Source: Thermoanaerobaculia bacterium (GTDB lineage: Bacteria; Acidobacteriota; Thermoanaerobaculia; UBA5066). From it: 15,145 bases of DNA. The first letter of the stretch is position 1, and each line of letters starts with the position of its first letter. Location: NCBI GenBank assembly GCA_963816185.1, contig CAWFJJ010000004.1, positions 1 through 15,145 of the forward strand, written 5' to 3'. The position numbers were made by a program, and so were the translations under genes. Below the pieces are notes generated by a model. The model ran no database searches, was not told the origin of the DNA, and was given only the letters and a program-made list of their open reading frames with translations. Shown here piece after piece: positions 1-6,318 of this stretch.

Positions 1-2
1 GT

Positions 3-65
3 GTACGCCTCGTTCAGACAGGCGAGAGGATGGACGCACTGGTGGAGGCGTTCAAGGTCGGCTAG
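3..65 (+). CDS. Possible 3' end of an upstream gene (partial, unknown product)
   Basis: Frame 3 reads VRLVQTGERMDALVEAFKVG* with GC-ending codons. Its TAG (63-65) overlaps the convergent stop of the HDAC gene (62-64). Too short to assign a product. Confidence 0.35.
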   Translation, partial: VRLVQTGERMDALVEAFKVG

Positions 66-931
66 AGCCCCGCCAACCGTCCGATGATCGGCGGGATCAG
101 ATATGTCGCGAGCTGCCGTTGAGAGCCTCCTCCGAGGACGACCTCCAGCTTCGCTCCGCAGGCCTTCTCCGCCAGCTCTTTCATCAGAACCGCGATGCTC
201 CAGTAGCAGGGTCCCGAGAGGCCTATGTCAGCGTAATCGCCCTCGTGAGTGTCGAAGCCGAAATACCAGAAGAGAAAGTCCGGCTTAAACGTGCCGACCC
301 GGTCGTCGGCGTTCCGCGCGACGAGATCGAAATAGGCGTCGTTCATGGCTTCGCTTCCTCCGCCCTCCGAGGGGATCGGACAGGCCACGTCGACCTTCGT
401 GCCGTCTTTGGACTCGAAGTCCGCGCTGCAGAAGCAGATGTGGAGGACGTCGGAATCATCGCGGAAGATCTCGCGCGTCCCGTCGGCGTGGTGTGCATCC
501 GTGTCCACGATCGCAAAGCGCTTCAGGCCGACCTTCTCGCGCAGGTTGACGATGCAGAGGGCCACGTCGTTGAAGCAGCAAAAGCCTCCGAATTCGTTGC
601 TACCCGCGTGATGCCCGCCCGCGCCGATGAACGCAAAGGCGTTCGTGAGGTCCCCGCTCGCGATCCTCTCGCCGGCGGCGACCACGCCTCCCGCCGAATG
701 CCAGGCCGTCGAGCAAAGGGGATCCTTTTCGACGCGCTCCAGAAGGTCAGGCGTGTGAATCTTCAACAGCAATTCCCGGGAGACGGGCTCCGGCTCGTAC
801 AACTTGACCCTGTCGCTCTCCAGAAGCTTGTCGAGGGCGCTCGGAAAGTCGGCCAGCCGCGTGCCGACCGTCAGGTAGCTACGCCGGGAGAAGGAAGAGT
901 GATAGAAGACTCCGGTCGCGTGCTTCGCCAT
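62..931 (-). CDS. Histone deacetylase-family (AcuC/AphA-like) Zn-dependent amidohydrolase, 289 aa
   Basis: Start set at MAKHATG (ATG 929-931); the longer ORF call runs through the hydratase gene in another frame. Motifs present: GGHHAG (His dyad), GFCCFNDVA, DTDAHHADG and FGFDTHEGD (Zn ligands). The C-terminal EGGY motif is altered to GGGS. Confidence 0.88.
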   Translation of the reverse strand: MAKHATGVFYHSSFSRRSYLTVGTRLADFPSALDKLLESDRVKLYEPEPVSRELLLKIHTPDLLERVEKDPLCSTAWHSAGGVVAAGERIASGDLTNAFAFIGAGGHHAGSNEFGGFCCFNDVALCIVNLREKVGLKRFAIVDTDAHHADGTREIFRDDSDVLHICFCSADFESKDGTKVDVACPIPSEGGGSEAMNDAYFDLVARNADDRVGTFKPDFLFWYFGFDTHEGDYADIGLSGPCYWSIAVLMKELAEKACGAKLEVVLGGGSQRQLATYLIPPIIGRLAGL

Positions 932-962
932 GATTGTCTCGCCCTGAGAAGAAAGACGAGGC

Positions 963-1742
963 CTACTCCCACTTCGGCGGTCGCTTCTCGAGGAAGGCGT
1001 GGAGGCCTTCGGCGAAGTCGGGGGTGCCCGCGAGGTGAACCGCCGCGTCGAGCTCGAGGGCGAGGGCATCTTCATACGGGAGATCGAGGCCCAGCGTGAT
1101 GCACCGGCGGATGGCCGCGAGCGCGGAGGCCGGCTTCTTTGCCAGAGCCGCGGCATACGCCTGGGCCTCCTCCCGGAGCTTCTCGGGAGGCACGACGAAA
1201 TCCACGAGCCCCATCGCGAGCGCTTCGTCGGCCGTGACGAGATTTCCCTCGTAGAGAAAACGCAACGCACGAGGGCGGCCGAGGAGCCGGGACAGGGACT
1301 GCGTGGTGCCCACGGGCGGAATGAAACCGATGTTGATCTCCGGCTGCCCAAGGCGTGCATCCTCCGCGGCAAAACGGACATCGCAGTTGAGAACGATCTC
1401 GAGTCCGCCGCCGACGGCCGTCCCGTGAATGGCGCCGAGAAGCGGCTTCGGCGCCTCGCGGATCTGTCCGACGAGACGATGACAGATCTCGACCCATTCC
1501 CGCATTTCGCCCGGCCGCATGGCCTTGAGGACTTTGAGGTCCGCTCCGGTCGAAAAGAACTTTTCGAGCGCGCTGGCAATCACGACGACGCGAACGCCGG
1601 CATCCCGCAGGAGCTCGTCCAGCGCCAGCGGGATTTCGCGGAGCATCGTCCAGTCGATGGCGTTGAGGGGCTCCCGCCGGTACTCGAGCCAGCCGACGCG
1701 GTCTCTTACGCTCGTTTTCAGGAACTCGTAGCTCACGGTCAC
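963..1742 (-). CDS. Enoyl-CoA hydratase/isomerase (crotonase) family protein
   Basis: FSTGADL oxyanion motif, GTAVGGGLE and QPEINIGFIP carrying both catalytic glutamates, and a typical C-terminus (EGLHAFLEKRPPKW). GTG start. Lies 31 bp upstream of the HDAC gene, so probably co-transcribed. Confidence 0.93.
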   Translation of the reverse strand: MTVSYEFLKTSVRDRVGWLEYRREPLNAIDWTMLREIPLALDELLRDAGVRVVVIASALEKFFSTGADLKVLKAMRPGEMREWVEICHRLVGQIREAPKPLLGAIHGTAVGGGLEIVLNCDVRFAAEDARLGQPEINIGFIPPVGTTQSLSRLLGRPRALRFLYEGNLVTADEALAMGLVDFVVPPEKLREEAQAYAAALAKKPASALAAIRRCITLGLDLPYEDALALELDAAVHLAGTPDFAEGLHAFLEKRPPKWE

Positions 1743-1815
1743 CTCGCCGAATCGATCTTCAGCGGGCGATTATCGGCCCGGCATACGATCGGCCGCCGGA
1801 CTTAGGGGGGCGGGG
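1743..1815. promoter_or_regulatory. Short divergent promoter region
   Basis: 73-bp gap between divergent genes, with -10-like hexamers TACGAT (+, 1784-1789) and GATAAT (-, 1769-1774). No convincing -35 boxes. Confidence 0.3.
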
Positions 1816-2970
1816 ATGGCGGAGCATGCGGACGTCGCGATCATCGGCGCCGGAGTCATCGGCTGCAGCGTCGCGTTCCACCTCGCGCATCTCGGCCGGC
1901 GTGGCGTCTTTTTGATCGAGAAGGAGCCGTTGCCTGGCTCGGGCTCGACGTCGAAGGCGAACGGCGGCATCCGGGCCCAGTTCACGACGGAGATCAACGT
2001 CGCGATGTCCCTCGCCTCGATGGCCATCCTCGACTCTCTCGCGGACGAGATCGGCGACCCGCCGCTCTACAGGAAGGCCGGCTACCTCTTCCTCACGGGC
2101 GACCCGGCGCGGCTCTCCGCGATGAAGGCCGCCGCCGCGTTCCAGCGCGCGCACGGCGTCAGCGTCGAGGTCCTCGACGCGGCGGGCGTGCGGGCGCTGG
2201 CGCCCTACGCGGCCGGGCCGATCCTGGGCGGCACTTTCGGCTCGCGCGACGGATTCATCGATCCGGGCGGCCTGACGAATTTCTTCCTGCGCGAGGCGAC
2301 ACGGGGCGGCGTCACGGTGCGCTACGGCGCCGGGGTGACGGCGGTCGAGAGGGAGTCCTCCGGGCCGTTCTGTCTCCGCACGGACGCCGGCGAGATCCGT
2401 GCTTCCGTCGTGGTCGACGCAGCAGGACCTTTCTCGGGCCGCGTCGCGGCGCTCTTCGGGGTGAGTCTTCCCGTCGTGCCCGTCCGCCGGCACATCCTCA
2501 TAAGCGGGCCTTGCCCCACGCTCCCGCAGGTGATCCCCATGACGATCGACGTGGACAGCGGCATCCTCATCCGCCGCGAGGGAAACCGGATCCTGATCGC
2601 GTACTCGAACCCCGACGAGCCCGCCGGCTTCAACACCGCCTTCGACCCCGACTTCCCGCTCCGCATCGCCGAGCCCTTGGACGCGCGTTTCCCCGCGGTC
2701 GGTGAAGCGGGCCTCGACCTCAAGCGGAGCTGGGCCGGGCTCTACGAAGTGACGCCGGACCACCACGCCGTCATCGGCCCCGTTCCGGACGTGCCGGGCT
2801 TTTTCGTCGTCTCAGGCTTCTCCGGCCACGGGGTCATGCACGCGCCGGCGGCGGGCCGGGCGGTCGCCGAGATGATCGTCAATGGGCGGAGCGAAAGCGT
2901 GGATGTCGAGGCGCTGTCCCTCGAGCGGTTCGCCCGCGGCGAGGCGATCCACGAAACGATGGTCCTCTGA
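1816..2970 (+). CDS. FAD-dependent oxidoreductase, DAO/DadA family (sarcosine oxidase beta / glycine oxidase-like)
   Basis: N-terminal Rossmann motif IIGAGVIG, then GSTSKANGGIR, VVDAAGPFS, WAGLYEVTPDHHAVIG and GFSGHGVMHAPAAG. Confidence 0.92.
   Translation: MAEHADVAIIGAGVIGCSVAFHLAHLGRRGVFLIEKEPLPGSGSTSKANGGIRAQFTTEINVAMSLASMAILDSLADEIGDPPLYRKAGYLFLTGDPARLSAMKAAAAFQRAHGVSVEVLDAAGVRALAPYAAGPILGGTFGSRDGFIDPGGLTNFFLREATRGGVTVRYGAGVTAVERESSGPFCLRTDAGEIRASVVVDAAGPFSGRVAALFGVSLPVVPVRRHILISGPCPTLPQVIPMTIDVDSGILIRREGNRILIAYSNPDEPAGFNTAFDPDFPLRIAEPLDARFPAVGEAGLDLKRSWAGLYEVTPDHHAVIGPVPDVPGFFVVSGFSGHGVMHAPAAGRAVAEMIVNGRSESVDVEALSLERFARGEAIHETMVL
2911..2970 (+). repeat. Direct repeat copy 1 (last 60 bp of the DAO-family gene)
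   Basis: 56/60 nt identical to 6196-6255. Confidence 0.95.
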
Positions 2971-3018
2971 CCGAATCGCTTCGAAAACCGCCGCGCGGAT
3001 ATCATTCCACGCGGGAAC

Positions 3019-6000
3019 ATGGAATCGGGGTCAGACAGCCCGGACGTCGGGAAACGCCTCCGGGAGCGGGGAGAGCGTGTTCAGGCGGCGGCCTTCCGAA
3101 TCGCCGAAGCCGTCGCAGCGACCGAGAGCCTGAAGGAGCTGTTCTCGAGGATCCACTCGATCGTGAGCGGGCTGATGGAGGCCGCCAATCTCTACATCGC
3201 CCTGCACGACCCGGACCGCGACATCCTCAGCTTTCCGTACTTCGTCGACGAGGTGGACGAGCCGTTTCCGCCGAAGCCTCTCGGCAAGGGCCTGACGGAG
3301 TACGTCCTCCGGACGGGCCGGCCTCTTCTCGCCTCTCCCGCCGTCTTCGAGGAGCTCGTCGCTTCCGGCGAGGTCGAGCCCATCGGGAGCGCCTCGATTG
3401 ACTGGCTCGGCGTCCCGTTGCGCGGCCGCGACCGGACCATCGGCGTCCTGGTGGTTCAGAGCTACTCGGGCAAAGTCCGCTACACCGAGGACGATCGCGA
3501 CCTCCTCGTCTTCGTCTCCTCCCAGATCGCCCAGACCATCGAGAGGAAGCGCTCCGAAGAGGCCCTCCGCGAGAGCGAGCTGAAGCTCCGGTCGACCGTC
3601 GCGGATCTGAAGCGCTTGACCGACAACATGGTCGACGTGATCAGCCAGGTGGACCTCGGAGGGCGGTTCCAGTTCGTCAGTCCGTCGCACGAGGTCGTGA
3701 CGGGCTGGACACCGGGAGAGCTTCTCGGCGCGAACGCTCTCGACCTCGTCCACCCCGACGACCGACAGATGATCCGCGCCAAGCTGCAGCGCGGGGCGGT
3801 GACCGGGAAATCCGGAGTCGCTGAGTACCGGTACCGGGTTCGGGACGGAAGGTACATCTGGGTCGAGACCGTTTCGAACGTCCTGCACGGTCCCGACGGA
3901 AAGCCGCAGGCCTACGTCCTCGGGTCCCGCGACGTGACCGCTCGCAAGAGGGCCGAGGCGGTCCTGGCGGTCCTCCACGAGACGGAGAGAAAGATCCTTC
4001 GGCGCGAGCCGATCGAACGGATCCTGCAGTTCATTTGTGACGAGGTGGCCGGCCGATTCGAGTTCGCCGTCGTGTGGATCGGCACCAAGGAGCCCGATGG
4101 GTCCATCAGCCAGCGGGCCGTCGCAGGATCGGCCGGGGCCTTCGTCAGACAGAGCAGCTTCCGGTGGGACGGCGTGCCCGAAGGGCAGGGTCCGAGCGGG
4201 GAGGCCATCCGCACAGGCCGGCCGGTGGTCATCACGACGAAGGCGGACGAGAGAGTCGCGGCCTGGAAACACCGCGTCGAGACGTTCCATCTCGGCTCGG
4301 CTCTGTCGATTCCGCTCGTCGTCGGGGAGTCCGTGCTCGGCGTCCTCTCGAGCTACTCGGACCGCGCGCACTCCTACGGCGAGGAGACGACCCGCCTTCT
4401 CACGCGTTTCGCCGACCAGGCGGCGCTCGCCCTCGTCGAAGCGCGTCAGCACGACCGGATCGAGCTGCAGACCGCGGCGCTCGAGGCGGCGGCCAACGCG
4501 GTCGTCATCACGGACCGCGAGGGCCTGATCGAGTGGGTGAACCCCGCCTTCACGGAGCTCACCGGATGGCAGAGGGAAGAGGTCATCGGGAAGACCCCGC
4601 GAATCCTGAAGTCCGAAATCCAGGCCCCCTACTATTACGAGAAGCTCTGGGAGACGATCCTGGCGGGGGACGTCTGGCGGGGCGAGCTTCACAACCGGCG
4701 CAAGGACGGCTCGGTCTACGTCGAGGAGCAGACCATCACCCCGGTCCGATCGGCGGACGGAGAGATTCGCAACTTCATCTCGATCAAGCAGGACGTCACG
4801 GCCCGAAGGCAGAGCGAGGAGCGGATCAGGCACCTCGCCTTGCACGACCCGCTCACGGACCTCTCCAACCGCCACGCGTTCGAAGAGTCTCTGGCGCGAA
4901 CGGTGTCCCGGGCGCTCCGCGGATCGCCGTCGTCGCTTCTCCTCCTCGACCTCGACAACTTCAAGATCGTCAACGATGCGCTCGGACACCCGGCCGGCGA
5001 CCGGGTCCTGGTCGAGGTGGCCCGCCTCATCGTGACGCTCGTGCGCCCCGGCGATGAGGTCGCCCGGTTCGGCGGCGACGAGTTCGCCGTCCTGCTCGAA
5101 GGGGTGGCGCTGGAAGGAGCCCGGATCACGGCGGAGCGGCTCAGGCAATCCGTCGATGAGCATCGGTTCTACGTCGGCGACCGTGCTTTCGACCTCGGGG
5201 TCAGCGTCGGGGTGGTCCCGGTGGACGGGACCGCGGACGCCTCGTCCCTGATGGCCGTGGCGGACACGGCGCTCTACGCCGCCAAGGAGAGGGGCCGCAA
5301 CCGGGTGATGGTCGTCGAAAGCGCGGCGAGCAGCTCCTCTCCGCTCTCCGAAGCGAGCCGCTGGGCGTCGCGGATCAAGGAGGCGCTCCGGGAGAATCGT
5401 TTCGTCCTCCACTACCAGCCGATCTTCCATTTCAAGTCGGGGCGTGCCGCACACTTCGAGGCGCTCATCCGCCTCAGGGAGGGACCGGACGAGCTCATCG
5501 CGCCGGCGGTCTTCCTCCCGGCGGCGGAGAGGTTCGGACTGATGCCCCACGTGGATCGCTGGGTCGTGGACCGCGTCATCGAGGTCCTGATCAGCCGTCC
5601 CGCCGTGGAGATCTTCGTCAACCTCTCGGGCACGAGCCTGGGCGACGAGTCTCTGCTCGCGTACATCGAGGAGCGCGTGACCTCGACCGGACTCCCGCCC
5701 GGACGACTGGCCTTCGAGATCACCGAGACGGCGGCGGTGAGAGATATCGTCGTCGCTCGCGAATGGATGCGCCGGGTGAAGGACCGCGGGTGCCGGTTCG
5801 CGCTCGACGATTTTGGAATCGGGTTCTCGTCTTTCTCCTACCTCCAAAGCCTGCCGGCCGATTACGTGAAGATCGACGGTTCGTTCATTCGAGGAATCGA
5901 CACCGATCAGGCCGCCCGTGCGCTCGTGCGTGCGATCGATACCGTGGCTCACACCCTGGGAAAAGAGACGATCGCCGAGTGCGTGGAGAGTCTGGATTCC

Positions 6001-6135
6001 GTGAGGACTCTCGTGGAGCTCGGCGTCGAGTACGGCCAGGGCTACGCGCTGGGCATGCCGGCCGAGGAGCTCTCGCTGCGCAGCGCGCCGGCCTTCCCGC
6101 CGCCGAAGGTCAAGCGGGCGACGGAAGGCGGCTGA
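3019..6135 (+). CDS. Hybrid diguanylate cyclase/phosphodiesterase (GAF-PAS-GAF-PAS-GGDEF-EAL)
   Basis: HDPLTDLSNR, intact RFGGDEF with an I-site RxxD (RPGD) five residues upstream. EAL motifs FEALIR, EITET, DDFGIGFSS, KID and YGQGY. Two GAF and two PAS/PAC segments lie N-terminally. No TM helices evident. Confidence 0.95.
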   Translation: MESGSDSPDVGKRLRERGERVQAAAFRIAEAVAATESLKELFSRIHSIVSGLMEAANLYIALHDPDRDILSFPYFVDEVDEPFPPKPLGKGLTEYVLRTGRPLLASPAVFEELVASGEVEPIGSASIDWLGVPLRGRDRTIGVLVVQSYSGKVRYTEDDRDLLVFVSSQIAQTIERKRSEEALRESELKLRSTVADLKRLTDNMVDVISQVDLGGRFQFVSPSHEVVTGWTPGELLGANALDLVHPDDRQMIRAKLQRGAVTGKSGVAEYRYRVRDGRYIWVETVSNVLHGPDGKPQAYVLGSRDVTARKRAEAVLAVLHETERKILRREPIERILQFICDEVAGRFEFAVVWIGTKEPDGSISQRAVAGSAGAFVRQSSFRWDGVPEGQGPSGEAIRTGRPVVITTKADERVAAWKHRVETFHLGSALSIPLVVGESVLGVLSSYSDRAHSYGEETTRLLTRFADQAALALVEARQHDRIELQTAALEAAANAVVITDREGLIEWVNPAFTELTGWQREEVIGKTPRILKSEIQAPYYYEKLWETILAGDVWRGELHNRRKDGSVYVEEQTITPVRSADGEIRNFISIKQDVTARRQSEERIRHLALHDPLTDLSNRHAFEESLARTVSRALRGSPSSLLLLDLDNFKIVNDALGHPAGDRVLVEVARLIVTLVRPGDEVARFGGDEFAVLLEGVALEGARITAERLRQSVDEHRFYVGDRAFDLGVSVGVVPVDGTADASSLMAVADTALYAAKERGRNRVMVVESAASSSSPLSEASRWASRIKEALRENRFVLHYQPIFHFKSGRAAHFEALIRLREGPDELIAPAVFLPAAERFGLMPHVDRWVVDRVIEVLISRPAVEIFVNLSGTSLGDESLLAYIEERVTSTGLPPGRLAFEITETAAVRDIVVAREWMRRVKDRGCRFALDDFGIGFSSFSYLQSLPADYVKIDGSFIRGIDTDQAARALVRAIDTVAHTLGKETIAECVESLDSVRTLVELGVEYGQGYALGMPAEELSLRSAPAFPPPKVKRATEGG

Positions 6136-6145
6136 CGGGAGGCGC

Positions 6146-6184
6146 GTGTGGAAAGACCGCATCGCCGTGATCGCCGGAGACGGA
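6146..6184 (+). pseudogene. Short 5' remnant of a tartrate/isopropylmalate dehydrogenase-family gene
   Basis: GGGAGG SD-like sequence and GTG, then RIAVIAGDG. Positions 6158-6184 are 24/27 nt identical to 9512-9538 (RIAVIPGDG). Confidence 0.65.
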
Positions 6185-6195
6185 TCTTCCTCGGC

Positions 6196-6255
6196 GCGCT
6201 GTCTCTCGAGCGGTTCGCCCGCGGCGAGGCGATCCACGAGACGATGGTTCTTTGA
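6196..6255 (+). repeat. Direct repeat copy 2: orphan duplicate of the DAO gene 3' end (ALSLERFARGEAIHETMVL*)
   Basis: Four differences from 2911-2970, all synonymous third-position changes (TCC/TCT, GAA/GAG, GTC/GTT, CTC/CTT). The match ends exactly at the TGA. Confidence 0.95.
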
Positions 6256-6259
6256 ACGT

Positions 6260-6316
6260 TCACTTGAGCCCTTCCGCCAGGTAGAGGTCGAAGAGGGAGC
6301 GCGCGTGGATGAATCG
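6260..6316 (-). pseudogene. Orphan C-terminal remnant (RFIHARSLFDLYLAEGLK*) resembling the end of kinase-beta-propeller proteins
   Basis: Lies immediately after the kinase stop in a different frame, has no start codon and uses mostly GC-ending codons. It resembles the 'RxLSDLYLVEGLK*' terminus I recall from acidobacterial Ser/Thr kinases with PD40/WD40 propellers (from memory, not searched). Confidence 0.55.
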
Positions 6317-6318
6317 TC

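Noticed and set aside
932-1579. N-terminal extension of the 505-aa HDAC ORF
   Set aside because: It is an Arg/Ser/Pro-rich alternate frame overlapping the hydratase. Family similarity starts at ATG 931.
3031-6237. 1068-aa minus-strand ORF and other long overlapping ORFs (999-1805, 1759-2766, 9136-10635, 11186-12529, 13017-14678)
   Set aside because: These are shadow or alternate frames of well-supported genes in high-GC DNA and carry no recognisable motifs.
2911-6255. DGR template/variable repeat pair
   Set aside because: Three of the four mismatches are C/T and one is A/G, all synonymous and not adenine-specific. No reverse transcriptase is present in the window.
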